From the NCBI GenBank assembly GCA_043228905.1, contig JBHGNT010000008.1, positions 22,414,486 through 22,478,485 on the forward strand: a DNA stretch of 64,000 bases. Reading direction: 5' to 3'. A program made the position numbers and the translations under genes. Of this stretch, positions 22,401 through 38,060 are shown one piece after another (position 1 is the stretch's first letter; each line of letters begins with the position of its first letter). This DNA comes from Azolla caroliniana. Lineage: Eukaryota > Plantae > Polypodiophyta. Under the pieces are notes generated by a model. That model had not been told where the DNA came from and made no database searches. It worked only from the letters and a program-made list of their open reading frames with translations.

Positions 22401-25400
22401 ATCGGATTTTTGTGTTCAAACATGCAAATGGAAGACAACAACGCTAGCTATGATATGGAATTAAAAAATAAAGATTTTGAAACTCAGGTCGAGATACATG
22501 ACGAAATTACCAAATTTGAGGAGTGAGTTGAGAACAACCCTTGAGTAAATTAAAATGTTCATACCTGGCTCGTGTGATATTGGATTTTTGTGTTCAAACA
22601 TGCAAATCGAAGCTAACAACGCTTGCTATGATATGGAATTAAAAAATCAAGATTTTGAAACTCAGGTCGAGAGACATGACGAAAATAGCAAACTTGAGGA
22701 GGGAGTTGAGAGGAGCCCTTGAGTAAATTAAAATGTTCATACCTGGCTCGTGTGATATCCGATTTTTGTGTTCAAACATGCGAATCGAACCCAACTACGG
22801 GAGGTATGATATGGAATTAAAAAATCAAGAATTTGAAACTCAGGTCGAGAGACATGACGAAAATAGCAAACTTGAGGAGGGAGTTGAGAGGAGCCCTTGA
22901 GTAAATTAAAATGTTCATACCTGGCTCGTGTGATATCGGATTTTTGTGTTCAAACATGCGAATCGAAGCCAACAACGCGAGCTATGATATGGAATTAAAA
23001 AATCAAGATTTTGAAACTCAGGTCGAGAGACATGACGAAAATAGCAAACTTGAGGAGGGAGTTGAGAGGAGCCCTTGAGTAAATTAAAATGTTCATACCT
23101 GGCTCGTGTGATATCGGATTTTTGTGTTCAAACATGCAAATCGAACCTAACAACGCTAGCTATGATATGGAATTAAAAAATCAAGATTTTGAAACTCAGG
23201 TCGAGAGACATGACGAAATTACCAAATTTGAGGAGTGAGTTGAGAACAGTCCTTGAGTAAATTAAAATGTTCATACCTGGCTCGTGTGATATCGGATTTT
23301 TGTGTTCAAACATGCAAATCGAAGCCAACAACGCTAGCTATGATATGAAATTAAAAAATCAAGAATTTGAGACTCAGGTCGAGAGACATGACGAAAATAG
23401 CAAATTTGAGGAGTGAGGTGACAAGAGCTAGTAGGTATATTAAAATGTTCATACCTGGCTCGTGTGATATTGGATTTTTGTGTTCAAACATGCGAATCGA
23501 AGCTAACAACGCTTGCTATGATATGGAATTAAAAAATCAAGATTTTGAAACTCAGGTCGAGAGACATGACGAAAATAGCAAACTTGAGGAGGGAGTTGAG
23601 AGGAGCCCTTCAGTAAATTAAAATGTTCATATCTGGCTCGTGTGATATCGGATTTTTGTGTTCAAACATGCGAATCGAAGCCAACAACGCGAGCTATGAT
23701 ATGGAATTAAAAAATCAAGAATTTCAAACTCAGGTCGAGAGACATGACGAAAATAGCAAACTTGAGGAGGGAGTTGAGAGGAGCCCTTAAGTAATTAAAA
23801 TGTTCATACCTGGCTCATGTGATATCGGATTTTTGTGTTCAAACATGCGAATCGAAGCCAACTACGTGAGGTATGATATGGAATTAAAAAATCAAGATTT
23901 TGAAACTCAGGTCGAGAGACATGACGAAAATAGCAAACTTGAGGAGGGAGTTGAGAGGAGCCCTTCAGTAAATTAAAATGTTCATACCTGGCTCGTGTGA
24001 TATCGGATTTTTGTGTTCAAACATGGAAATCGAAGCTTGAAACGCTAGCTATGATATGGACTTAAAAAATCAAGATTTTGAAACTCAGGTCGAGAGACAT
24101 GACGAAAATAGCAAACTTGAGGAGGGAGTTGAGAGGAGCCCTTGAGTAGATTAAAATGTTCATACCTGGCTCGTGTGATATCGGATTTTTGTGTTCAAAC
24201 ATGCAAATCGAAGCTAACAACGCTAGCTATGATATGGAATTAAAAAATCAAGATTTTGAAACTCAGGTCGAGAGACATGACGAAATTACCAAATTTGAGG
24301 AGTGAGTTGAGAACAGGCCTTGAGTAAATTAAAATGTTCATACCTGGGTCGTGTGATATCGGATTTTTGTGTTCAAACATGCAAATCGAAGCCAACAACG
24401 CTAGCTATGATATGAAATTAAAAAATCAAGAATTTGAGACTCAGGTCGAGAGACATGACGAAAATAGCAAATTTGAGGAGTGAGGTGAGAAGAGCTAGTA
24501 GGTATATTAAAATGTTCATACCTGGCTCGTGTGATATCAGATTTTTGTGTTCAAACATGCAAATCGAAGCTAACAACGCTAGCTATGATATGGAATTAAA
24601 AAATCAAGATTTTAAAACTCAGGTCGAGAGACATGACGAAAATAGCAAACTTGAGGAGGGAGTTGAGAGGAGCCCTTGAGTAAATTAAAATGTTCATACC
24701 TGGGTCGTGTGATATCGGATTTTTGTGTTCAAACATGCAAATCGAAGCTAACAACGCTAGCTATGATATGGAATTAAAAAATCAAGAATTTCAAACTCAG
24801 GTCGAGAGACATGACGAAAATAGCAAACTTGAGGAGGGAGTTGAGAGGAGCCCTTAAGTAATTAAAATGTTCATACCTGGCTCGTGTGATATCGGATTTT
24901 TGTGTTCAAACATGCGAATCGAAGCCAACTACGTGAGGTATGATATGGAATTAAAAAATCAAGATTTTGAAACTCAGGTCGAGAGACATGACGAAAATAG
25001 CAAACTTGAGGAGGGAGTTGAGAGGAGCCCTTGAGTAAATTAAAATGTTCATACCTGGCTCGTGTGATATCGGATTTTTGTGTTCAAACATGGAAATCGA
25101 AGCTTGAAACGCTAGCTATGATATGGACTTAAAAAATCAAGATTTTGAAACTCAGGTCGAGAGACATGACGAAAATAGCAAACTTGAGGAGGGAGTTGAG
25201 AGGAGCCCTTGAGTAGATTAAAATGTTCATACCTGGGTCGTGTGATATCGGATTTTTGTGTTCAAACATGCAAATCGAAGCTAACAACGCTAGCTATGAT
25301 ATGGAATTAAAAAATCAAGATTTTGAAACTCAGGTCGAGAGACATGACGAAAATAGCAAACTTGAGGAGGGAGTTGAGAGGAGCCCTTGAGTAGATTAAA

Positions 25401-28400
25401 ATGTTCATACCTGGGTCGTGTGATATCGGATTTTTGTGTTCAAACATGCAAATCGAAGCTAACAACGCGAGCTATGATATGGAATTAAAAAATCAAGAAT
25501 TTCAAACTCAGGTCGAGGGACATGACGAAAATAGAAAACTTGAGGAGGGAGTTGAGAGGAGCCCTTGAGTAAATTAAAATGTTCATACCTGGCTCGTGTG
25601 ATATCGGATTTTTGTGTTCAAACATGCGAATCGAAGCCAACAACGCGAGCTATGATATGGAATTAAAAAATCAAGATTTTGAAACTCAGGTCGATAGACA
25701 TGACGAAAATAGCAAACTTGAGGAGGGAGTTGAGAGGAGCCCTTGAGTAAATTAAAATGTTCATACCTGGCTCGTGTGATATCGGATTTTTGTGTTCAAA
25801 CATGCAAATGGAAGCCAACAACGCTAGCTATGATATGGAATTAAAAAATAAAGATTTTGAAACTCAGGTCGAGATACATGACGAAATTACCGAATTTGAG
25901 GAGTGAGTTGAGAACAACCCTTGAGTAAATTAAAATGTTCATACCTGGCTCGTGTGATATTGGATTTTTGTGTTCAAACATGCAAATCGAAGCTAACAAC
26001 GCTTGCTATGATATGGAATTAAAAAATCAAGATTTTGAAACTCAGGTCGAGAGACATGACGAAAATAGCAAACTTGAGGAGGGAGTTGAGAGGAGCCCCT
26101 CAGTAAATTAAAATGTTCATATCTGGCTCGTGTGATATCGGATTTTTGTGTTCAAACATGCAAATCGAAGCCAACAACGCGAGCTATGATATGGAATTAA
26201 AAAATCAAGATTTTGAAACTCAGATCGAGAGACATGACGAAATTACCAAATTTGAGGAGTGAGTTGAGAACAGCCCTTGAGTAAATTAAAATGTTCATAC
26301 CTGGCTCGTGTGATATCGGATTTTTGTGTTCAAACATGCAAATCGAAGCTTGAAACGCTGGCTATGATATGGAATTAAAAAATCAAGATTTTGAAACTTA
26401 GGTCGAGAGATATGACGAAAATAGCAAACTTGAGGAGGGAGTTGAGAGGAGCCCTTGAGTAAATTAAAATGTTCATACCTGGGTCGTGTGATATCGGATT
26501 TTTGTGTTCAAACATGCAAATCGAAGCTAACAACGCTAGCTATGATATGGAATTAAAAAATCAAGAATTTCAAACTCAGGTCGAGAGACATGACGAAAAT
26601 AGCAAACTTGAGGAGGGAGTTGAGAGGAGCCCTTAAGTAATTAAAATGTTCATACCTGGCTCGTGTGATATCGGATTTTTGTGTTCAAACATGCGAATCG
26701 AAGCCAACTACGTGAGGTATGATATGGAATTAAAAAATCAAGATTTTGAAACTCAGGTCGAGAGACATGACGAAAATAGCAAACTTGAGGAGGGAGTTGA
26801 GAGGAGCCCTTGAGTAAATTAAAATGTTCATACCTGGCTCGTGTGATATCGGATTTTTGTGTTCAAACATGGAAATCGAAGCTTGAAACGCTAGCTATGA
26901 TATGGACTTAAAAAATCAAGATTTTGAAACTCAGGTCGAGAGACATGACGAAAATAGCAAACTTGAGGAGGGAGTTGAGAGGAGCCCTTGAGTAGATTAA
27001 AATGTTCATACCTGGGTCGTGTGATATCGGATTTTTGTGTTCAAACATGCAAATCGAAGCTAACAACGCTAGCTATGATATGGAATTAAAAAATCAAGAA
27101 TTTCAAACTCAGGTCGAGAGACATGACGAAAATAGCAAACTTGAGGAGGGAGTTGAGAGGAGCCCTTGAGTAGATTAAAATGTTCATACCTGGGTCGTGT
27201 GATATCGGATTTTTGTGTTCAAACATGCAAATCGAAGCTAACAACGCGAGCTATGATATGGAATTAAAAAATCAAGAATTTCAAACTCAGGTCGAGGGAC
27301 ATGACGAAAATAGAAAACTTGAGGAGGGAGTTGAGAGGAGCCCTTGAGTAAATTAAAATGTTCATACCTGGCTCGTGTGATATCGGATTTTTGTGTTCAA
27401 ACATGCGAATCGAAGCCAACAACGCGAGCTATGATATGGAATTAAAAAATCAAGATTTTGAAACTCAGGTCGATAGACATGACGAAAATAGCAAACTTGA
27501 GGAGGGAGTTGAGAGGAGCCCTTGAGTAAATTAAAATGTTCATACCTGGCTCGTGTGATATCGGATTTTTGTGTTCAAACATGCAAATGGAAGCCAACAA
27601 CGCTAGCTATGATATGGAATTAAAAAATAAAGATTTTGAAACTCAGGTCGAGATACATGACGAAATTACCGAATTTGAGGAGTGAGTTGAGAACAACCCT
27701 TGAGTAAATTAAAATGTTCATACCTGGCTCGTGTGATATTGGATTTTTGTGTTCAAACATGCAAATCGAAGCTAACAACGCTTGCTATGATATGGAATTA
27801 AAAAATCAAGATTTTGAAACTCAGGTCGAGAGACATGACGAAAATAGCAAACTTGAGGAGGGAGTTGAGAGGAGCCCCTCAGTAAATTAAAATGTTCATA
27901 TCTGGCTCGTGTGATATCGGATTTTTGTGTTCAAACATGCAAATCGAAGCCAACAACGCGAGCTATGATATGGAATTAAAAAATCAAGATTTTGAAACTC
28001 AGATCGAGAGACATGACGAAAATAGCAAACTTGAGGAGGGAGTTGAGAGGAGCCCTTGAGTAAATTAAAATGTTCATACCTGGCTCGTGTGATATCGGAT
28101 TTTTGTGTTCAAACATGCGAATCGAAGCCAACAACGCGAGCTATGATATGGAATTAAAAAATCAAGATTTTGAAACTCAGGTCGAGAGACATGACGAAAA
28201 TAGCAAACTTGAGGAGGGAGTTGAGAGGAGCCCTTGAGTAGATTAAAATGTTCATACCTGGGTCGTGTGATATCGGATTTTTGTGTTCAAACATGCAAAT
28301 CGAAGCTAACAACGCGAGCTATGATATGGAATTAAAAAATCAAGAATTTCAAACTCAGGTCGAGAGACATGACGAAAATAGCAAACTTGAGGAGGGAGTT

Positions 28401-31400
28401 GAGAGGAGCCCTTGAGTAAATTAAAATGTTCATACCTGGCTCGTGTGATATCGGATTTTTGTGTTCAAACATGCGAATCGAAGCCAACAACGCGAGCTAT
28501 GATATGGAATTAAAAAATCAAGATTTTGAAACTCAGGTCGAGAGACATGACGAAAATAGCAAACTTGAGGAGGGAGTTGAGAGGAGCCCTTGAGTAAATT
28601 AAAATGTTCATACCTGGCTCGTGTGATATCGGATTTTTGTGTTCAAACATGCAAATGGAAGACAACAACGCTAGCTATGATATGGAATTAAAAAATAAAG
28701 ATTTTGAAACTCAGGTCGAGATACATGACGAAATTACCAAATTTGAGGAGTGAGTTGAGAACAACCCTTGAGTAAATTAAAATGTTCATACCTGGCTCGT
28801 GTGATATTGGATTTTTGTGTTCAAACATGCAAATCGAAGCTAACAACGCTTGCTATGATATGGAATTAAAAAATCAAGATTTTGAAACTCAGGTCGAGAG
28901 ACATGACGAAAATAGCAAACTTGAGGAGGGAGTTGAGAGGAGCCCTTGAGTAAATTAAAATGTTCATACCTGGCTCGTGTGATATCCGATTTTTGTGTTC
29001 AAACATGCGAATCGAACCCAACTACGGGAGGTATGATATGGAATTAAAAAATCAAGAATTTGAAACTCAGGTCGAGAGACATGACGAAAATAGCAAACTT
29101 GAGGAGGGAGTTGAGAGGAGCCCTTGAGTAAATTAAAATGTTCATACCTGGCTCGTGTGATATCGGATTTTTGTGTTCAAACATGCGAATCGAAGCCAAC
29201 AACGCGAGCTATGATATGGAATTAAAAAATCAAGATTTTGAAACTCAGGTCGAGAGACATGACGAAAATAGCAAACTTGAGGAGGGAGTTGAGAGGAGCC
29301 CTTGAGTAAATTAAAATGTTCATACCTGGCTCGTGTGATATCGGATTTTTGTGTTCAAACATGCAAATCGAACCTAACAACGCTAGCTATGATATGGAAT
29401 TAAAAAATCAAGATTTTGAAACTCAGGTCGAGAGACATGACGAAATTACCAAATTTGAGGAGTGAGTTGAGAACAGTCCTTGAGTAAATTAAAATGTTCA
29501 TACCTGGCTCGTGTGATATCGGATTTTTGTGTTCAAACATGCAAATCGAAGCCAACAACGCTAGCTATGATATGAAATTAAAAAATCAAGAATTTGAGAC
29601 TCAGGTCGAGAGACATGACGAAAATAGCAAATTTGAGGAGTGAGGTGACAAGAGCTAGTAGGTATATTAAAATGTTCATACCTGGCTCGTGTGATATTGG
29701 ATTTTTGTGTTCAAACATGCGAATCGAAGCTAACAACGCTTGCTATGATATGGAATTAAAAAATCAAGATTTTGAAACTCAGGTCGAGAGACATGACGAA
29801 AATAGCAAACTTGAGGAGGGAGTTGAGAGGAGCCCTTCAGTAAATTAAAATGTTCATATCTAGCTCGTGTGATATCGGATTTTTGTGTTCAAACATGCGA
29901 ATCGAAGCCAACAACGCGAGCTATGATATGGAATTAAAAAATCAAGAATTTCAAACTCAGGTCGAGAGACATGACGAAAATAGCAAACTTGAGGAGGGAG
30001 TTGAGAGGAGCCCTTAAGTAATTAAAATGTTCATACCTGGCTCATGTGATATCGGATTTTTGTGTTCAAACATGCGAATCGAAGCCAACTACGTGAGGTA
30101 TGATATGGAATTAAAAAATCAAGATTTTGAAACTCAGGTCGAGAGACATGACGAAAATAGCAAACTTGAGGAGGGAGTTGAGAGGAGCCCTTCAGTAAAT
30201 TAAAATGTTCATACCTGGCTCGTGTGATATCGGATTTTTGTGTTCAAACATGGAAATCGAAGCTTGAAACGCTAGCTATGATATGGACTTAAAAAATCAA
30301 GATTTTGAAACTCAGGTCGAGAGACATGACGAAAATAGCAAACTTGAGGAGGGAGTTGAGAGGAGCCCTTGAGTAGATTAAAATGTTCATACCTGGCTCG
30401 TGTGATATCGGATTTTTGTGTTCAAACATGCAAATCGAAGCTAACAACGCTAGCTATGATATGGAATTAAAAAATCAAGATTTTGAAACTCAGGTCGAGA
30501 GACATGACGAAATTACCAAATTTGAGGAGTGAGTTGAGAACAGGCCTTGAGTAAATTAAAATGTTCATACCTGGCTCGTGTGATATCGGATTTTTGTGTT
30601 CAAACATGCAAATCGAAGCCAACAACGCTAGCTATGATATGAAATTAAAAAATCAAGAATTTGAGACTCAGGTCGAGAGACATGACGAAAATAGCAAATT
30701 TGAGGAGTGAGGTGAGAAGAGCTAGTAGGTATATTAAAATGTTCATACCTGGCTCGTGTGATATCAGATTTTTGTGTTCAAACATGCAAATCGAAGCTAA
30801 CAACGCTAGCTATGATATGGAATTAAAAAATCAAGATTTTAAAACTCAGGTCGAGAGACATGACGAAAATAGCAAACTTGAGGAGGGAGTTGAGAGGAGC
30901 CCTTGAGTAAATTAAAATGTTCATACCTGGGTCGTGTGATATCGGATTTTTGTGTTCAAACATGCAAATCGAAGCTAACAACGCTAGCTATGATATGGAA
31001 TTAAAAAATCAAGAATTTCAAACTCAGGTCGAGAGACATGACGAAAATAGCAAACTTGAGGAGGGAGTTGAGAGGAGCCCTTAAGTAATTAAAATGTTCA
31101 TACCTGGCTCGTGTGATATCGGATTTTTGTGTTCAAACATGCGAATCGAAGCCAACTACGTGAGGTATGATATGGAATTAAAAAATCAAGATTTTGAAAC
31201 TCAGGTCGAGAGACATGACGAAAATAGCAAACTTGAGGAGGGAGTTGAGAGGAGCCCTTGAGTAAATTAAAATGTTCATACCTGGCTCGTGTGATATCGG
31301 ATTTTTGTGTTCAAACATGGAAATCGAAGCTTGAAACGCTAGCTATGATATGGACTTAAAAAATCAAGATTTTGAAACTCAGGTCGAGAGACATGACGAA

Positions 31401-34400
31401 AATAGCAAACTTGAGGAGGGAGTTGAGAGGAGCCCTTGAGTAGATTAAAATGTTCATACCTGGGTCGTGTGATATCGGATTTTTGTGTTCAAACATGCAA
31501 ATCGAAGCTAACAACGCTAGCTATGATATGGAATTAAAAAATCAAGATTTTGAAACTCAGGTCGAGAGACATGACGAAAATAGCAAACTTGAGGAGGGAG
31601 TTGAGAGGAGCCCTTGAGTAGATTAAAATGTTCATACCTGGGTCGTGTGATATCGGATTTTTGTGTTCAAACATGCAAATCGAAGCTAACAACGCGAGCT
31701 ATGATATGGAATTAAAAAATCAAGAATTTCAAACTCAGGTCGAGGGACATGACGAAAATAGAAAACTTGAGGAGGGAGTTGAGAGGAGCCCTTGAGTAAA
31801 TTAAAATGTTCATACCTGGCTCGTGTGATATCGGATTTTTGTGTTCAAACATGCGAATCGAAGCCAACAACGCGAGCTATGATATGGAATTAAAAAATCA
31901 AGATTTTGAAACTCAGGTCGATAGACATGACGAAAATAGCAAACTTGAGGAGGGAGTTGAGAGGAGCCCTTGAGTAAATTAAAATGTTCATACCTGGCTC
32001 GTGTGATATCGGATTTTTGTGTTCAAACATGCAAATGGAAGCCAACAACGCTAGCTATGATATGGAATTAAAAAATAAAGATTTTGAAACTCAGGTCGAG
32101 ATACATGACGAAATTACCGAATTTGAGGAGTGAGTTGAGAACAACCCTTGAGTAAATTAAAATGTTCATACCTGGCTCGTGTGATATTGGATTTTTGTGT
32201 TCAAACATGCAAATCGAAGCTAACAACGCTTGCTATGATATGGAATTAAAAAATCAAGATTTTGAAACTCAGGTCGAGAGACATGACGAAAATAGCAAAC
32301 TTGAGGAGGGAGTTGAGAGGAGCCCCTCAGTAAATTAAAATGTTCATATCTGGCTCGTGTGATATCGGATTTTTGTGTTCAAACATGCAAATCGAAGCCA
32401 ACAACGCGAGCTATGATATGGAATTAAAAAATCAAGATTTTGAAACTCAGATCGAGAGACATGACGAAATTACCAAATTTGAGGAGTGAGTTGAGAACAG
32501 CCCTTGAGTAAATTAAAATGTTCATACCTGGCTCGTGTGATATCGGATTTTTGTGTTCAAACATGCAAATCGAAGCTTGAAACGCTGGCTATGATATGGA
32601 ATTAAAAAATCAAGATTTTGAAACTTAGGTCGAGAGATATGACGAAAATAGCAAACTTGAGGAGGGAGTTGAGAGGAGCCCTTGAGTAAATTAAAATGTT
32701 CATACCTGGGTCGTGTGATATCGGATTTTTGTGTTCAAACATGCAAATCGAAGCTAACAACGCTAGCTATGATATGGAATTAAAAAATCAAGAATTTCAA
32801 ACTCAGGTCGAGAGACATGACGAAAATAGCAAACTTGAGGAGGGAGTTGAGAGGAGCCCTTAAGTAATTAAAATGTTCATACCTGGCTCGTGTGATATCG
32901 GATTTTTGTGTTCAAACATGCGAATCGAAGCCAACTACGTGAGGTATGATATGGAATTAAAAAATCAAGATTTTGAAACTCAGGTCGAGAGACATGACGA
33001 AAATAGCAAACTTGAGGAGGGAGTTGAGAGGAGCCCTTGAGTAAATTAAAATGTTCATACCTGGCTCGTGTGATATCGGATTTTTGTGTTCAAACATGGA
33101 AATCGAAGCTTGAAACGCTAGCTATGATATGGACTTAAATAATCAAGATTTTGAAACTCAGGTCGAGAGACATGACGAAAATAGCAAACTTGAGGAGGGA
33201 GTTGAGAGGAGCCCTTGAGTAGATTAAAATGTTCATACCTGGGTCGTGTGATATCGGATTTTTGTGTTCAAACATGCAAATCGAAGCTAACAACGCTAGC
33301 TATGATATGGAATTAAAAAATCAAGATTTTGAAACTCAGGTCGAGAGACATGACGAAAATAGCAAACTTGAGGAGGGAGTTGAGAGGAGCCCTTGAGTAG
33401 ATTAAAATGTTCATACCTGGGTCGTGTGATATCGGATTTTTGTGTTCAAACATGCAAATCGAAGCTAACAACGCGAGCTATGATATGGAATTAAAAAATC
33501 AAGAATTTCAAACTCAGGTCGAGAGACATGACGAAAATAGCAAACTTGAGGAGGGAGTTGAGAGGAGCCCTTGAGTAAATTAAAATGTTCATACCTGGCT
33601 CGTGTGATATCGGATTTTTGTGTTCAAACATGCGAATCGAAGCCAACAACGCGAGCTATGATATGGAATTAAAAAATCAAGATTTTGAAACTCAGGTCGA
33701 GAGACATGACGAAAATAGCAAACTTGAGGAGGGAGTTGAGAGGAGCCCTTGAGTAAATTAAAATGTTCATACCTGGCTCGTGTGATATCGGATTTTTGTG
33801 TTCAAACATGCAAATGGAAGACAACAACGCTAGCTATGATATGGAATTAAAAAATAAAGATTTTGAAACTCAGGTCGAGATACATGACGAAATTACCAAA
33901 TTTGAGGAGTGAGTTGAGAACAACCCTTGAGTAAATTAAAATGTTCATACCTGGCTCGTGTGATATTGGATTTTTGTGTTCAAACATGCAAATCGAAGCT
34001 AACAACGCTTGCTATGATATGGAATTAAAAAATCAAGATTTTGAAACTCAGGTCGAGAGACATGACGAAAATAGCAAACTTGAGGAGGGAGTTGAGAGGA
34101 GCCCTTGAGTAAATTAAAATGTTCATACCTGGCTCGTGTGATATCCGATTTTTGTGTTCAAACATGCGAATCGAACCCAACTACGGGAGGTATGATATGG
34201 AATTAAAAAATCAAGAATTTGAAACTCAGGTCGAGAGACATGACGAAAATAGCAAACTTGAGGAGGGAGTTGAGAGGAGCCCTTGAGTAAATTAAAATGT
34301 TCATACCTGGCTCGTGTGATATCGGATTTTTGTGTTCAAACATGCGAATCGAAGCCAACAACGCGAGCTATGATATGGAATTAAAAAATCAAGATTTTGA

Positions 34401-37400
34401 AACTCAGGTCGAGAGACATGACGAAAATAGCAAACTTGAGGAGGGAGTTGAGAGGAGCCCTTGAGTAAATTAAAATGTTCATACCTGGCTCGTGTGATAT
34501 CGGATTTTTGTGTTCAAACATGCAAATCGAACCTAACAACGCTAGCTATGATATGGAATTAAAAAATCAAGATTTTGAAACTCAGGTCGAGAGACATGAC
34601 GAAATTACCAAATTTGAGGAGTGAGTTGAGAACAGTCCTTGAGTAAATTAAAATGTTCATACCTGGCTCGTGTGATATCGGATTTTTGTGTTCAAACATG
34701 CGAATCGAAGCCAACAACGCGAGCTATGATATGGAATTAAAAAATCAAGATTTTGAAACTCAGGTCGAGAGACATGACGAAAATAGCAAACTTGAGGAGG
34801 GAGTTGAGAGGAGCCCTTGAGTAAATTAAAATGTTCATACCTGGCTCGTGTGATATCGGATTTTTGTGTTCAAACATGCAAATGGAAGCCAACAACACTA
34901 GCTATGATATGGAATTAAAAAATAAAGATTTTGAAACTCAGGTCGAGATACATGACGAAATTACCGAATTTGAGGAGTGAGTTGAGAACAACCCTTGAGT
35001 AAATTAAAATGTTCATACCTGGCTCGTGTGATATTGGATTTTTGTGTTCAAACATGCAAATCGAAGCTAACAACGCTTGCTATGATATGGAATTAAAAAA
35101 TCAAGATTTTGAAACTCAGGTCGAGAGACATGACGAAAATAGCAAACTTGAGGAGGGAGTTGAGAGGAGCCCCTCAGTAAATTAAAATGTTCATATCTGG
35201 CTCGTGTGATATCGGATTTTTGTGTTCAAACATGCAAATCGAAGCCAACAACGCGAGCTATGATATGGAATTAAAAAATCAAGATTTTGAAACTCAGATC
35301 GAGAGACATGACGAAATTACCAAATTTGAGGAGTGAGTTGAGAACAGCCCTTGAGTAAATTAAAATGTTCATACCTGGCTCGTGTGATATCGGATTTTTG
35401 TGTTCAAACATGCAAATCGAAGCTTGAAACGCTAGCTATGATATGGAATTAAAAAATCAAGATTTTGAAACTCAGGTCGAGAGACATGACGAAAATAGCA
35501 AACTTGAGGAGGGAGTTGAGAGGAGCCCTTGAGTAAATTAAAATGTTCATACCTGGCTCGTGTGATATCGGATTTTTGTGTTCAAACATGCAAATCGAAG
35601 CTTGAACCGCTAGCTATGATATGGAATTAAAAAATCAAGATTTTGAAACTCAGGTCGAGAGACATGACGAAAATAGCAAACTTGAGGAGGGAGTTGAGAG
35701 GAGCCCTTGAGTAGATTAAAATGTTCATACCTGGGTCGTGTGATATCGGATTTTTGTGTTCAAATATGCGAATCGAAGCCAACTACGTGAGGTATGATAT
35801 GGAATTAAAAAATCAAGATTTTGAAACTCAGGTCGAGAGACATGACGAAAATAGCAAACTTGAGTAGGGAGTTGAGAGGAGCCCTTGAGTAAATTAAAAT
35901 GTTCATACCTGGCTCGTGTGATATCGGATTTTTGTGTTCAAACATGCAAATCGAAGCTTGAACCGCTAGCTATGATATGGAATTAAAAAATCAAGATTTT
36001 GAAACTCAGGTCGAGAGACATGACGAAAATAGCAAACTTGAGGAGGGAGTTGAGAGGAGCCCTTGAGTAGATTAAAATGTTCATACCTGGGTCGTGTGAT
36101 ATCGGATTTTTGTGTTCAAAGATGCAAATCGAAGCTAACAACGCTAGCTATGATATGGAATTAAAAAATCAAAAATTTCAAACTCAGGTCGAGAGACATG
36201 ACGAAAATAGCAAACTTGAGGAGGGAGTTGAGAGGAGCCCTTGAGTAAATTAAAATGTTCATACCTGGCTCGTGTGATATTGGATTTTTGTGTTCAAACA
36301 TGCGAATCGAAGCTAACAACGCTTGCTATGATATGGAATTAAAAAATCAAGATTTTGAAACTCAGGTCGAGAGACATGACGAAAATAGCAAACTTGAGGA
36401 GGGAGTTGAGAGGAGCCCCTCAGTAAATTAAAATGTTCATATCTGGCTCGTGTGATATCGGATTTTTGTGTTCAAACATGCAAATCGAAGCCAACAACGC
36501 GAGCTATGATATGGAATTAAAAAATCAAGATTTTGAAACTCAGATCGAGAGACATGACGAAATTACCAAATTTGAGGAGTGAGTTGAGAACAGCCCTTGA
36601 GTAAATTAAAATGTTCATACCTGGCTCGTGTGATATCGGATTTTTGTGTTCAAACATGCAAATCGAAGCTTGAAACGCTGGCTATGATATGGAATTAAGA
36701 AATCAAGATTTTGAAACTCAGGTCGAGAGACATGACGAAAATAGCAAACTTGAGGAGGGAGTTGAGAGGAGCCCTTGAGTAAATTAAAATGTTCATACCT
36801 GGGTCGTGTGATATCGGATTTTTGTGTTCAAAGATGCAAATCGAAGCTAACAACGCTAGCTATGATATGGAATTAAAAAATCAAGAATTTCAAACTCAGG
36901 TCGAGAGACATGACGAAAATAGCAAACTTGAGGAGGGAGTTGAGAGGAGCCCTTAAGTAATTAAAATGTTCATACCTGGCTCGTGTGATATCGGATTTTT
37001 GTGTTCAAACATGCGAATCGAAGCCAACTACGTGAGGTATGATATGGAATTAAAAAATCAAGATTTTGAAACTCAGGTCGAGAGACATGACGAAAATAGC
37101 AAACTTGAGGAGGGAGTTGAGAGGAGCCCTTGAGTAAATTAAAATGTTCATACCTGGCTCGTGTGATATCGGATTTTTGTGTTCAAACATGCAAATCGAA
37201 GCTTGAACCGCTAGCTATGATATGGAATTAAAAAATCAAGATTTTGAAACTCAGGTCGAGAGACATGACGAAAATAGCAAACTTGAGGAGGGAGTTGAGA
37301 GGAGCCCTTGAGTAGATTAAAATGTTCATACCTGGGTCGTGTGATATCGGATTTTTGTGTTCAAATATGCAAATCGAAGCTAACGACGCTAGCTATGATA

Positions 37401-37562
37401 TGGAATTAAAAAATCAAAAATTTCAAACTCAGGTCGAGAGACATGACGAAAATAGCAAACTTGAGGAGGGAGTTGAGAGGAGCCCTTGAGTAAATTAAAA
37501 TGTTCATACCTGGCTCGTGTGATATCGGATTTTTGTGTTCAAACATGCGAATCGAAGCCAAC
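19447..37562 (+). repeat. 178-bp satellite, homogeneous layer with higher-order repeats
   Basis: The variant gacatgacgaaaatagcaaacttgagg dominates from ~19650. Rare variants recur at 4269, 5159 and 6227 bp spacing. Confidence 0.97.
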
Positions 37563-38060
37563 AACGTGGAAAACCCTATACGGGAAAAACCACGGGAGTG
37601 CGAGACTCCAAACCAAACTATGCACAGAGAAATATACAATGGGGAGTTGCAAGGCAACGACCTTGAGCTCGCTTCCTTCGCCACAGGCGGCGGTATTACA
37701 CAGAGGCGTCTACCTCTTCCTCTCTCGCGCTCTATCTCTCTCTCTCTCTCTCTCACGGCTGCTTACACTTCACTCCTCTTGAGTGGAAAAACAGAAAAAT
37801 GAGAAGCAACAGTAAAACTGTTTGCCCTAAGTCATATTTATACTTATATGACTTTGGGCCATTTACAACTATAGCCTCACGGGCCCATAGCGAACATATT
37901 CACGGATATGTCCCTGCATCCGGATTGCTCTCCGGGTACATTCGTCATCCGGTACCGAAACCGGGGTCTTCGTCATCCGGATCCGAAACTGAAACCGGGC
38001 TTGTCGGCATTCATCTCCGATATCCGACCATCCCATCCGAAAGGGACCGAAATCCCAACA
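37563..38060 (-). repeat. 3' LTR of the outer copia (lacks the terminal 112 bp)
   Basis: Matches 47660-48157 with about 4 mismatches in 498 bp by eye. Confidence 0.95.

Noticed and set aside
19447-37562. CRISPR-like regular repeats
   Set aside because: There are no unique spacers and no cas genes. Whole monomers repeat.
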